A model generated the notes under the pieces. The model made no database searches and was not told the DNA's origin. It saw nothing but the letters and a program-made list of their open reading frames with translations. Made by a program: the position numbers and the translations under genes. Below, piece by piece: positions 1 to 9,372 of a stretch of DNA of 64,000 nucleotides. Within the stretch, counting starts at the first letter, position 1; each line of letters begins with the position of its first letter. Source of the DNA: Gemmobacter sp. (lineage in GTDB: Bacteria; Pseudomonadota; Alphaproteobacteria; Rhodobacterales; Rhodobacteraceae); the NCBI RefSeq assembly GCF_046292685.1, contig NZ_JBKBQM010000009.1:1242-65241 (forward strand), read 5' to 3'.

Positions 1-1084
1 CGCCCATCGCGTCGATCTGCGCCAGTTCGGCGCGGGCGCCTTCCTTCAGCGCGGCAACCTTGCGGTCGATGGCGGGGTTGCCGTCGAACAGGTCGTCGTA
101 TTCCAGAAGGTCGGTTTCATAGGCGAGGATCTGCTGCATCCGCAGCGACCATTGCTGATCCCAGGGGCGCGGCAGGCCCAGCGCCTCGTTCCAGGCCGGC
201 AGTTGCACCGCGCGCGCCCGCGCCTTTTTCGACAGGGTCACGGCCAGCATCTCGATGAGGATGCGGTAGACGTTGTTTTCCGGCTGCGGCTCGGTCAGGC
301 CCAGGCTGTTGACCTGCACGCCATAGCGGAAGCGGCGGTATTTCGCATCCTGCACGTCGTAACGGTGAAGGCAGATTTCGTCCCACAACTCGACGAAGGC
401 GCGCATCTTGCACAGTTCGGTGACAAAGCGGATGCCGGCGTTCACGAAAAACGAGATCCGCCCCACCATGTCGGGAAAATCCTGCGGCGCGACCTTGCCC
501 TTGAGGTCGTCCAGCACCGCCTGCGCGGTGGCCAGCGCAAAGGCCAGTTCCTGTTCCGGCGTCGCCCCGGCCTCTTGCAGGTGATAGGAACACACGTTCA
601 TCGGGTTCCATTTCGGCAGGTGTTTCTGCGTATAGGCCGCCACGTCGGTTATCATCCGCAAGGACGGCTTGGGCGGGCAGATATAGGTGCCGCGGCTGAG
701 GTATTCCTTGATGATGTCGTTCTGCACCGTGCCTTGCAGCGCGGCGATGTCGGCGCCCTGTTCCTCGGCCACCGCGATATACAGCGCGAGCAGCCAGGGG
801 GCGGTCGCGTTGATCGTCATCGAGGTGTTCATCTGGTCCAGCGGGATGCCGTCGAACAGCATGCGCATGTCGCCCAGATGCGCGACCGGCACGCCGACCT
901 TGCCCACTTCGCCGCGGGCCAGTTCGTGATCGCTGTCATAGCCGGTCTGCGTGGGCAGGTCGAAGGCGACCGACAGGCCGGTCTGCCCCTTGGACAGGTT
1001 GGTGCGGTAAAGCGCGTTCGACTTGGCGGCCGTGGAATGGCCGGCATAGGTGCGGAACAGCCAGGGTTTTTCCTTGTGGGTCAT
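1..1084 (-). CDS. ecm: Ethylmalonyl-CoA mutase (MeaA/Ecm), 5' part; runs off the window start
   Basis: Manual minus-strand translation from ATG at 1084: MTHKEKPWLFRTYAGHSTAAKSNALYRTNLSKGQTGLSVAFDLPTQTGYDSDH...GEVGKVGVP; ccr nearby. Confidence 0.93.
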   Translation of the reverse strand, partial: MTHKEKPWLFRTYAGHSTAAKSNALYRTNLSKGQTGLSVAFDLPTQTGYDSDHELARGEVGKVGVPVAHLGDMRMLFDGIPLDQMNTSMTINATAPWLLALYIAVAEEQGADIAALQGTVQNDIIKEYLSRGTYICPPKPSLRMITDVAAYTQKHLPKWNPMNVCSYHLQEAGATPEQELAFALATAQAVLDDLKGKVAPQDFPDMVGRISFFVNAGIRFVTELCKMRAFVELWDEICLHRYDVQDAKYRRFRYGVQVNSLGLTEPQPENNVYRILIEMLAVTLSKKARARAVQLPAWNEALGLPRPWDQQWSLRMQQILAYETDLLEYDDLFDGNPAIDRKVAALKEGARAELAQIDAMG

Positions 1085-1280
1085 CGCGGGCCTCCGTGCA
1101 ACCGCAGCGCAATATTGTTGCACAAGACCAATAGGCAGACGAAAGATAATGTCAACCCGAAAATCGCTGCGCTGCGGCGTCGGGCAAGGGCGGCGAAAGG
1201 GCGAAAAATCGTGGCGGGCCGGGGGATGCAGGGGGCGGCCGGGTCCGTCTACCCCCGAAACAGCAGATGGCAGGCCCGGC

Positions 1281-2465
1281 ATGACCACCCTTGCGATTCC
1301 CCCGCTTTCCCCCTTGCCGATGGCAGGCGACCCTGCCCCCGGTTTCATCCAGCGCAGCCCGCAGAACCCGCGTTACAACTTCGATTCGGCGGCGGGGCGG
1401 TATCTGGTGCTGTGCTTTCTGGGCTCGGTCGCCGATCCGCTGGCGCAGGCGGCCTTGCGCGCGGTGGCCGGGCGGCCCGACCTGTTCAACGATGTGCACG
1501 CCAGCTTCTTCGGCGTGTCGAACGACCCGGCGGACGAGGCGCAGAACCGCGTGGCCAACCGCGTGCCGGGGTATCGGTTCTTCTGGGATTTCGACCTGAC
1601 GGCGGCGCGGGCCTGGCGGGCGGTGCCCGACGATGCGGTGCCGGGCGGCAGCTCGCTGGCGCTGGTGCGGTTCTGGGCGGTGATCGACCCGACGATGCGG
1701 GTGATCGCCAGCGTGCCCTTCCGCCCCGACGGGTCGGATGCGGCCGAGGTGCTGGCGCTGCTGGCCGCCTTGCCGCCGCCCGACCGGCACGCGGGCTTTG
1801 CGGTGCAGGCGCCCATCCTGATTCTGCCGCGGGTGTTCGAGCCCGAGCTGTGCCGGCAGCTGATCGCGCTCTATGAGGCGGAGGGCGGGCGCGAAAGCGG
1901 CTTCATGCGCCAGATCGACGGGCGCACGGTGGGGGTCAGCGACAAGTCGTTCAAGAGCCGGCGCGACTGCGACATCACCGACCGCGACCTTGTGGCGGCC
2001 TTGCAGGCGCGGTTCATGCGCCGCGTGGTGCCGGAGATCGCCAAGGTGCACCAGTTCAAGGCGACGCGGATGGAACGCTACATCGTGTCGTGCTACGACG
2101 CCGCGGAAGGCGGGCATTTTTCGCCGCACCGCGACAACACCACCGCGGGCACGGCGCATCGGCGCTTTGCGGTGTCGATCAACCTCAACGACGATTTCGA
2201 GGGCGGCGAGGTGAGCTTTCCCGAATACGGGCCGCGCAGCTACAAGGCGCCGACAGGGGGGGCGGTGGTGTTTTCCTGTTCGCTCTTGCACGCGGTCAGC
2301 CGGGTGACACGCGGGCGGCGCTATGCCTTTCTGCCCTTCCTTTACGACGAGGCGGCGGCGCGCATCCGCGAGGCGAACGCAAGGTTTGTCGGCGACAGCG
2401 GCATCGGCTATCGTGCGGCAACCGCCGAGCCGCAGGCCCAGGCGCCGCAGGGGGCTGCCGGCTGA
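1281..2465 (+). CDS. N-terminal redoxin (AhpC/TSA-like) domain fused to a 2OG-Fe(II) oxygenase
   Basis: GDPAPGF...GRYLVLCF redoxin-like start; HRD...H...R 2OG/Fe motif (FSPHRDNT, LLHAVSRVTRGRRY); start may be 1281 or 1320. Confidence 0.8.
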   Translation: MTTLAIPPLSPLPMAGDPAPGFIQRSPQNPRYNFDSAAGRYLVLCFLGSVADPLAQAALRAVAGRPDLFNDVHASFFGVSNDPADEAQNRVANRVPGYRFFWDFDLTAARAWRAVPDDAVPGGSSLALVRFWAVIDPTMRVIASVPFRPDGSDAAEVLALLAALPPPDRHAGFAVQAPILILPRVFEPELCRQLIALYEAEGGRESGFMRQIDGRTVGVSDKSFKSRRDCDITDRDLVAALQARFMRRVVPEIAKVHQFKATRMERYIVSCYDAAEGGHFSPHRDNTTAGTAHRRFAVSINLNDDFEGGEVSFPEYGPRSYKAPTGGAVVFSCSLLHAVSRVTRGRRYAFLPFLYDEAAARIREANARFVGDSGIGYRAATAEPQAQAPQGAAG

Positions 2466-2481
2466 CGATGGAGCTTGCGCG

Positions 2482-3015
2482 ATGACCCGCCGCCGCCCCG
2501 ACCTGACCGCGCATCTGGAGGCCCTGCGGCGCTATGCCCGGGTGCTGGCGCGCAACGGAATGGAGGCGGACGACCTGGTGCAGGGCGCCTTGCTGCGCGC
2601 GGTGGAACGGCTGCACCAGTGGCGCGAGGACGGCAACCTGCGGGTGTGGCTGCTGTCGATCCTGCACAACCACTTCGTCGATACGGCGCGGGCGCAGGCG
2701 GCGGCGGCGGCGCGCGATGGCGCCTGGGCCGGGCTGGCGCCGGCCTCTGCCCCCGCGCAGGGCGAGGATGCGGCGCGGCTGGCGCAGTTGCGCGCGGCGG
2801 TGGCGGCGCTGCCCCACGACCAGCGCGAGGCACTGCACCTGGTGGCGCTGGAAGGGCTGGCGGTGGCCGAGGCGGCGGCGGTGCTGGGCGTGCCGCCCGG
2901 CACGGTGATGTCGCGGCTGGGGCGCGCCCGCGCGGCCTTGCGCCGGTTCGAGGAGGGCGGCAGCCCGGCGGGGCGGCCGCATCTGCGCGTGGTCGGAGGC
3001 AGCGATGGCGCCTGA
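2482..3015 (+). CDS. ECF RNA polymerase sigma factor
   Basis: LRRYARVLARN..ADDLVQ, LRVWLLSILHN, region 4 EAAAVLGVPPGTVMSRLGRAR. Confidence 0.9.
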   Translation: MTRRRPDLTAHLEALRRYARVLARNGMEADDLVQGALLRAVERLHQWREDGNLRVWLLSILHNHFVDTARAQAAAAARDGAWAGLAPASAPAQGEDAARLAQLRAAVAALPHDQREALHLVALEGLAVAEAAAVLGVPPGTVMSRLGRARAALRRFEEGGSPAGRPHLRVVGGSDGA

Positions 3016-3784
3016 CCAGCCCCCGAGCGCCGCCGAACTGGAGGATTTCGCCAATGGCGGGCTGAGTGCCGCGCGCCGCCTGGCCGTGGCCGACTGGCTG
3101 GCGCGCGATGCGGCAGCGGCGGCGCAGGCGATGGCCGACCGGGCACAGACCGAACGGCTGGCGATGGCGATGGCGATGGACGCGCCTCTGCCGCCGGCAC
3201 CGCCCGGCCTTGCGGCGGCCGCCGACCGGCTGGCCGATGCGATGGCGCAGCGGCATCGGCGCCGGCATGCCGCCGCGCCCTGGGCGGCCGCGGCGGCATG
3301 TTTCCTGCTGGGCTGGGCGGGCCATGCGCTGTGGCAGGCGCCGGGGCCTGGCGCCGCCCCTGCCGGAATAGCGCCGCTGGCCGAAGCCGCGATGGATGCC
3401 CGTGCGGCGGCCGAAATCGCCGGCAGCCTGGCGCCCTTGCGCGCGCCCCGCCCCGGCGATCTGAGCCGTGCCGCGGCCGAGGTGGGGGTGGAGCTGCCGC
3501 CGCTGCCGCCGGACTGGACGGTGCGCGGGGTGCAGGTGGTGGCCACGCCGGGCCGCCCGGCGCTGCTGGTGCAGCTGGAGGCGCCGGGCCTGGGCGACGT
3601 GTCGCTGTTCAGCCGCGGCGCGTCGGACCTGGGCCCCGATGCCCCGCCCGAAGCCTTCGACCTCCGCGGTGCCGCGGTGGCGGTGTTCGAGCGGCAGTCG
3701 AGCGCCCATGTGCTGATGGACCCGGGCGGCGCGCCCGAGGCGCTGGCGCAGGCGGCGGGCCGCATGGTGCGGCGGCTGAACTGA
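3005..3784 (+). CDS. Transmembrane anti-sigma factor
   Basis: Overlaps the sigma stop; ELEDFANGGL..RRLAVADWL anti-sigma-like N-terminus and one TM (AAAAACFLLGWAG). Confidence 0.8.
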   Translation: MAPDQPPSAAELEDFANGGLSAARRLAVADWLARDAAAAAQAMADRAQTERLAMAMAMDAPLPPAPPGLAAAADRLADAMAQRHRRRHAAAPWAAAAACFLLGWAGHALWQAPGPGAAPAGIAPLAEAAMDARAAAEIAGSLAPLRAPRPGDLSRAAAEVGVELPPLPPDWTVRGVQVVATPGRPALLVQLEAPGLGDVSLFSRGASDLGPDAPPEAFDLRGAAVAVFERQSSAHVLMDPGGAPEALAQAAGRMVRRLN

Positions 3785-3827
3785 GCGCGCGCCGCACGGG
3801 TGGACGCGCCGCAACCTTGCTGGCAAG

Positions 3828-5228
3828 GTGACAGCCATGCTGGGCACGGTCGAGATTCCCGTCTGGTTGCTGGTGCTGATTGTGGCCTTTGCCGCGGTCA
3901 CCTTTGCCAGCCACTTCCTTTTCCCCTCGGTGCGCTGGTTCTTTCGCCGCCGGATGGAAAAGGCGGTGGCGCAACTGAACACCCGGCTGGCGCGGCCCAT
4001 CGTGCCCTTCAAGGTGCTGGAGCGCCACGACCGCATCCAGCAACTGCTCTATGACCCGCAGGTGCTGGGCGCCGTGCTGGCCCATGCCCGCGAGGCGCAG
4101 GTGCCGCGCAACGTGGCCTTCGAGCTGGCCCGCCGCTATGCGCGCGAGATCGTGCCGGGTTTTTCGGCATCGGTCTATTTCGGCTTTTCGGTGCGGGTGG
4201 CACGCTGGCTGTCGCGGCTGCTGTATCGGGTGGAGGTCAAGGCGCAGGACGACGACGGGCTGAGCACGCTGGACCCGGAGGCGACGGTGGTTTTCGTCAT
4301 CAACCATCGCTCCAACATGGATTACGTGCTGGTCACCTGGCTGGTGTCGCGGCGGATGACGCTGTCGTATGCGGTGGGGGAATGGGCGCGGATCTGGCCG
4401 CTGTCGGCGCTGATCCGGGCGATGGGGGCCTATTTCATCCGCCGCAGGACGCCCGATGCGCTGTATCGCAAGGTGCTGGAACGCTATGTGCAGACCGCCA
4501 CCGCCGAAGGGGTGGCGCAGGCGATCTTTCCCGAAGGCGGGCTGAGCCTGACGGGGCGGGTGGGCCCGGCCCGGCTGGGGCTGTTGTCCTATATCCTGAC
4601 CGAGGCGCGCAAGGGCAGCCGGCCGGTGGTGTTCGTGCCGGTGGGGCTGGGCTATGACCGGGTGCTGGAGGACCAGATCCTGGTCACCGCCGATGCCGCC
4701 GGGGTGCGGCGGTTCAAGGCGCGGCTGTCGCTGGTGATGCTGCATGTGGCGCGGATGCTGTGGCGCAGGCTCTGGGGCCGCTGGAACGGGTTCGGGCAGG
4801 CAGCGGTCAGTTTCGGCCGGCCGGTGCCGCTGGCGCCCCTGCTGGAGGCCGACCCGGGGCTGGGGCCCGAGGCGCTGGGCGTGCGGCTGATGGCTGCGGT
4901 GCGCGCCGTGGTGCCGGTGCTGCCGGTGCCGCTGGTGGCCGCCGCGGTCGAGGACGGCATGGCCGAGGCGGACCTGCCCGACCGGGTCGCCGCGCTGGCA
5001 GGCGCGGCCAGGGCGGCGGGGGCCGTGCTGGCCTTGCCCGAAGGCCCCATCGCGCCCTGGGTGGCGGCGGCGCTGGCGCCGCTGCTGGCGCGTGGCATGT
5101 TGCGGCGCGAGGGTGCCGGGCTGAGGGTGGCGAATGCGCCCTTGCTGGCGTTTCAGGCTGCGCCGGTGCAGCAAATCCTGGATGCAGTTGCGGCGAAAAC
5201 GCCACAGGGCGAAACGGCCGGGACATAA
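3828..5228 (+). CDS. Glycerol-3-phosphate/lysophospholipid acyltransferase (PlsB/PlsC family)
   Basis: NHRSNMDY (HX4D) and FPEGG motifs; N-terminal TM. Confidence 0.85.
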   Translation: MTAMLGTVEIPVWLLVLIVAFAAVTFASHFLFPSVRWFFRRRMEKAVAQLNTRLARPIVPFKVLERHDRIQQLLYDPQVLGAVLAHAREAQVPRNVAFELARRYAREIVPGFSASVYFGFSVRVARWLSRLLYRVEVKAQDDDGLSTLDPEATVVFVINHRSNMDYVLVTWLVSRRMTLSYAVGEWARIWPLSALIRAMGAYFIRRRTPDALYRKVLERYVQTATAEGVAQAIFPEGGLSLTGRVGPARLGLLSYILTEARKGSRPVVFVPVGLGYDRVLEDQILVTADAAGVRRFKARLSLVMLHVARMLWRRLWGRWNGFGQAAVSFGRPVPLAPLLEADPGLGPEALGVRLMAAVRAVVPVLPVPLVAAAVEDGMAEADLPDRVAALAGAARAAGAVLALPEGPIAPWVAAALAPLLARGMLRREGAGLRVANAPLLAFQAAPVQQILDAVAAKTPQGETAGT

Positions 5229-5249
5229 AATTACAATTCCGTATCGCCG

Positions 5250-5258
5250 TGCATTGCA
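5250..5258. promoter_or_regulatory. Candidate PhaR-type box TGCATTGCA upstream of ccr
   Basis: Fits the TGC-N3-GCA pattern within an AT-rich intergenic stretch. Confidence 0.35.
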
Positions 5259-5351
5259 ATGTTGCGCGCACCTGCCTATCCCTGTCGGCAAGGCGCCGGG
5301 TTGATTCTGCGGCGCGGCAACATTCGGAACCCGCAAGGCAAGGAGGCCCTC

Positions 5352-6644
5352 ATGGCACTCGACACCAACCCCGGCATCGTCACCTACGATGCGCCCAGGA
5401 AGGACCTCTACGAGATCGGCGAGATGCCGCCCCTGGGCCACGTTCCGGCCAAGATGTATGCCTGGGCGATCCGGCGCGAACGCCACGGCGCCCCGGAAGA
5501 CGCGATGCAGCTGGAGGTGGTGGACACCTGGAAGCTGGACAGCCACGAGGTGCTGGTGCTGGTGATGGCGGCCGGCGTCAACTACAACGGCGTCTGGGCC
5601 GGGCTGGGCCAGCCGATTTCGCCCTTCGACGGGCACAAGGCGCCGTTTCACATCGCCGGCTCGGATGCCGCGGGCATCGTCTGGGCCGTCGGCTCGGCGG
5701 TGAAGCGCTGGAAGGTCGGCGACGAGGTGGTGGTGCACTGCAACCAGGACGACGGCGACGACGAGGAATGCAACGGCGGCGACCCGATGTTTTCGCCCAC
5801 CCAGCGCATCTGGGGCTACGAGACGCCGGACGGGTCGTTCGCCCAGTTCACCCGGGTGCAGGCGCAGCAGCTGATGCCGCGCCCCAAACACCTGACCTGG
5901 GAAGAAAGTGCCTGCTACACTCTGACGCTGGCCACCGCCTACCGGATGCTGTTCGGCCACGCGCCGCATGACCTGAAGCCCGGGCAGAACGTGCTGGTCT
6001 GGGGCGCCTCGGGCGGGCTTGGCAGCTATGCCATCCAGCTCGCGGTGACGGCGGGCGCCAATGCGATCGGGGTGATTTCCGACGAGAGCAAGCGCGACTT
6101 CGTGATGAGCCTGGGCGCCAAGGGCGTCATCAACCGCAACGACTTCAAGTGCTGGGGCCAGCTGCCCAAGGTGAACAGCCCCGAATACAACGAGTGGCTG
6201 AAGGAAGCGCGCAAGTTCGGCAAGGCGATCTGGGACATCACCGGCAAGGGCGTCAACGTGGACATGGTGTTCGAGCATCCGGGCGAGGCGACGTTCCCGG
6301 TGTCGAGCCTCGTGTGCAAGAAAGGCGGCATGGTGGTGATCTGTGCGGGCACCACCGGGTTCAACTGCACCTTCGACGTGCGCTACATGTGGATGCACCA
6401 GAAGCGCCTGCAGGGCAGCCATTTCGCGCATCTCAAGCAGGCGAGCGCGGCCAACAAGCTGATGATCGAGCGCCGACTGGACCCCTGCATGTCCGAGGTC
6501 TTCCCCTGGGCGGAAATTCCCAAGGCGCATACGCTGATGTGGAAGAACCAGCACAAGCCGGGCAACATGGCCGTGCTGGTGCAGGCGCCGCGCACCGGCC
6601 TGCGCACCTTCGAGGATACGCTGGAAGCAAGCCGCAACCGCTGA
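5352..6644 (+). CDS. ccr: Crotonyl-CoA carboxylase/reductase
   Basis: KDLYEIGEMPPLGHVP, MAAGVNYNGVWA, WMHQKRLQGSHFA; AAGGAGG RBS. Confidence 0.96.
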   Translation: MALDTNPGIVTYDAPRKDLYEIGEMPPLGHVPAKMYAWAIRRERHGAPEDAMQLEVVDTWKLDSHEVLVLVMAAGVNYNGVWAGLGQPISPFDGHKAPFHIAGSDAAGIVWAVGSAVKRWKVGDEVVVHCNQDDGDDEECNGGDPMFSPTQRIWGYETPDGSFAQFTRVQAQQLMPRPKHLTWEESACYTLTLATAYRMLFGHAPHDLKPGQNVLVWGASGGLGSYAIQLAVTAGANAIGVISDESKRDFVMSLGAKGVINRNDFKCWGQLPKVNSPEYNEWLKEARKFGKAIWDITGKGVNVDMVFEHPGEATFPVSSLVCKKGGMVVICAGTTGFNCTFDVRYMWMHQKRLQGSHFAHLKQASAANKLMIERRLDPCMSEVFPWAEIPKAHTLMWKNQHKPGNMAVLVQAPRTGLRTFEDTLEASRNR

Positions 6645-6659
6645 GCGGCCAGCGGCGGA

Positions 6660-6709
6660 GCGGGGGCTGTCTGCCCCCGCACCCCCGAGGATATTTGGCC
6701 AAGGTGAAA
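6660..6709 (+). repeat. Intergenic repeat copy R1 (GC hairpin plus GGATATTTggcCAAGGTGAAA)
   Basis: gcgggggctgtctgcccccgc acccccgaggatatttggccaaggtgaaa; near-identical to 34743-34792. Confidence 0.85.
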
Positions 6710-6755
6710 CACGCGGGGCGTTCCCCTTGGATCGGGGGCAGAGTATGGTCGCGCC

Positions 6756-8297
6756 ATGACCGTGCTGCCCGCGATCCGATTTTCCGAGGACCAGGCCGAA
6801 GCCCATGACCGGGTTTCGGCCCTTTTGCTGGCGGCCGGGGTGGATCTGGAGGATGGCATCCTCGGCCCGCCCGATGGCCCGGGCGGCGGGGTGCTGGCGG
6901 TGACCGGCAAGGCCGGATCGGGCAAGACCATGCTGCTGGCAGCCCTGGTCAAGGCGCTGGTCGAGGCGGGGGTGGAGCTGGTTTCGGGCGATTACGAAGG
7001 GCGGCGCCGCAAGGAGCGGCGCACCCTGGCGGTGCTGGCGCCGACCAACAAGGCCGCCAGCGTGTTGCGGGCGCGGGGCGTGCCGGCGACCACGATCCAC
7101 CGCATCCTTTACACCCCGATCTATGCGCCGGAATACGAGAAGCTGGCCGAATGGCTGGCCGGCGCCGGCGAGCGGCCGGTGATGGAGGAGTTGACCGATG
7201 TGGCGCTGGACCGCGCCAAGGCGTTCTACGACACGGTGAAGTCGATTCCCGGGGCGCTGGCGGCGGCGGGGCTGCGCGGCAGCGACTTCATCAAGGGCTG
7301 GAAGCGGCGCGAGGAGCCGCTGGACATCGGGTTCGTCGACGAATCCTCGATGCTGGACGAACGGCAGTTCGAGGATCTGAAGGAAATCTTCCCCAGCCTC
7401 GTGCTGTTCGGCGACCCGGCGCAGCTGGCACCCGTGGGGCTGTCGGGCGAAATGGTGTTCGACCGGCTGAAGCCCGAGCGGCGCATCCACCTGAACCGCA
7501 TCCACCGGCAGGCCGAGGGCAACCCGATTCTGGATCTGGCGCATGCGCTGGCCGACCCGGGGCTGGAGTTCGAGGAGTTCGAGCGCATGGTGGAACGGGC
7601 CGCGCGCGCCGACGACCGGGTGGTGCTGGCGCAGCGGGTGGACAGCGATCTGATGGCGCGCTCGCCGGTGCTGGTGTGGCGCAATGCCACGCGCATCCGG
7701 CTGATCGGCGCGTTCCGCGCCGCGCATGGCGCGCCCGAAGACCAGTTGCTGCCCGGCGAACCCCTGATCTGCGACGGCATCGAGTTGCCGCTGAAGCACC
7801 GCAAGAAGCGGATCGACCTGGAGGCGCGCGGGCTGATCAAGGGGGCGCAGGTGGTTTACCTTGGCCCCGGCAAGCGCGACGGCTTTGCGCGGCTGCACGT
7901 CTTTGGTGCCGAGGAGCCGCAGGTTTCGGCCGCCGCCATCATCAAGATCGAGAAGCCCGACGAGGAGGAGCCCTTCATCCCCTCGGCGGCGCGGATGGGG
8001 GCGGTGTTCCTGCACGGGGCGGCGGTGACCATCCACAAGGCACAAGGCAGCCAGTGGGACACGGTGCAGGTCTTTGCCCCCGACCTGTGGGCGGCGGCGC
8101 AGGCCGGCCGGTCGGAAGCCGGGGTGCCGCTGTGGAAGCGGCTGGCCTATGTGGCGATCACGCGGGCGGAGCAGCGGCTGCTGTGGGTGGTGCGCAACCG
8201 GCTGGCGCGCCCGGCGCAAGGGCTGACGGTGGACGACCTGCGCGGCCTGGGGCCCGCGCCGCTGAGCCTGCTGGCCGAGGCCGAACCCGAGGTCTGA
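6756..8297 (+). CDS. RecD-like SF1 DNA helicase (AAA ATPase plus UvrD C-terminal domain)
   Basis: GKAGSGKT, APTNKAA, TIHRILY, VDESSM, GDPAQL, TIHKAQGSQW, YVAITRA. Confidence 0.9.
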   Translation: MTVLPAIRFSEDQAEAHDRVSALLLAAGVDLEDGILGPPDGPGGGVLAVTGKAGSGKTMLLAALVKALVEAGVELVSGDYEGRRRKERRTLAVLAPTNKAASVLRARGVPATTIHRILYTPIYAPEYEKLAEWLAGAGERPVMEELTDVALDRAKAFYDTVKSIPGALAAAGLRGSDFIKGWKRREEPLDIGFVDESSMLDERQFEDLKEIFPSLVLFGDPAQLAPVGLSGEMVFDRLKPERRIHLNRIHRQAEGNPILDLAHALADPGLEFEEFERMVERAARADDRVVLAQRVDSDLMARSPVLVWRNATRIRLIGAFRAAHGAPEDQLLPGEPLICDGIELPLKHRKKRIDLEARGLIKGAQVVYLGPGKRDGFARLHVFGAEEPQVSAAAIIKIEKPDEEEPFIPSAARMGAVFLHGAAVTIHKAQGSQWDTVQVFAPDLWAAAQAGRSEAGVPLWKRLAYVAITRAEQRLLWVVRNRLARPAQGLTVDDLRGLGPAPLSLLAEAEPEV

Positions 8298-8370
8298 CCG
8301 CCGGCGGGTTGACGGCGCGGGGCCTTTGTTCCAGCATGGTTGCGGCACGTTCCGGGGGGCAGTCTGCGGC

Positions 8371-9138
8371 ATGGAATTCAGCATCAACATCCTGCGCCCC
8401 GAAGGCGACCCGAAGTCCGGGCCGGTCACCGTGGGGTGGTTCCTGCATGCCGACAAGGGCGCAGTGATGTATTACCCACCCGAACGCGTGACCTTTCGCC
8501 AGACCAACCGCACGCATGCGAAATCGGCCGCGCGCTGCCCCGGCGTGATCCAGCTGGAAAGCCGCTATTTCATGGTGCGCTGCCCGTTCGACCTGCATAT
8601 CGGCTTTGGCCGCGACGAAAAGGGCGTGCCGCATCTGATCAACCGGGCCGGCGTCGCGGGCAGCATCCGGTCGAACAAGCTGGGGCAGGTGCTGACGCTG
8701 GTGTCCGAGGTGGAGTGGCGCTATCCCGACCGGCCGACGGTGCAGCTTTCGCTGCCCTACTGCTTTCTGGCCGAGGAGATGTGCTATATCACCCAGCTGG
8801 ATGCCTTTGCCCATTACCGGCCCATCCCGCTGCCCGGCACCATCTTCGGCGGGCGCTTTCCCATCCATTCGTGGGTGCGCCCGCTGATGTGGGCATTCGA
8901 ATGGCACGACACCAGCAAGGATCTGATCGTCAAGCGTGGCGACCCGCTGTTCTATGTGCAGTTCGAGGCCGAGGGGCCCGACCGCCCCATCCAGGTGGTC
9001 GAGGTGGAGCGCACGAAGGAAATCGAGACCTGGATGGAGCAGATGTCGGGCGTGGTGAACTATGTCAACCAGACCTTCAGCCTGTTCAAGGCGGCCGAGG
9101 CGATGCGGCCCGCGGAGTTGCTGAAGGTGAAGAAGTAG
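8371..9138 (+). CDS. Conserved hypothetical protein (possible dUTPase-like fold)
   Basis: Clean high-GC3 ORF; RCPGV..RCPFDL and KRGDPLFYVQF segments. Confidence 0.75.
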   Translation: MEFSINILRPEGDPKSGPVTVGWFLHADKGAVMYYPPERVTFRQTNRTHAKSAARCPGVIQLESRYFMVRCPFDLHIGFGRDEKGVPHLINRAGVAGSIRSNKLGQVLTLVSEVEWRYPDRPTVQLSLPYCFLAEEMCYITQLDAFAHYRPIPLPGTIFGGRFPIHSWVRPLMWAFEWHDTSKDLIVKRGDPLFYVQFEAEGPDRPIQVVEVERTKEIETWMEQMSGVVNYVNQTFSLFKAAEAMRPAELLKVKK

Positions 9139-9268
9139 GACACCCGCCCCGGCCTTGCGCCGGGGCCTCGCCCGCCACCCCGCGCGCACCGCTGGACAGA
9201 GGTTCCGGGTCGAGACCGGGACGGGGCCTTCCCCCGCCAGGATCCCGTGTCGCCTGCCCCCGGGGGTG

Positions 9269-9296
9269 TTGCATTTCCGCCGATCACTTCCCAAGT
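9269..9296 (+). promoter_or_regulatory. Candidate RpoH (sigma32) promoter of clpB
   Basis: TTG-N18-CCCAAGT, close to the alphaproteobacterial TTG-N18-CC(T/C)ATAT consensus. Confidence 0.5.
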
Positions 9297-9372
9297 GTAG
9301 CTCAAGGCCGCGAGGCCCCGTGCCGGGCAACCCGGGCGGGCGAGGGCGGCGCTTCATGGCAAGGAGAACCCG

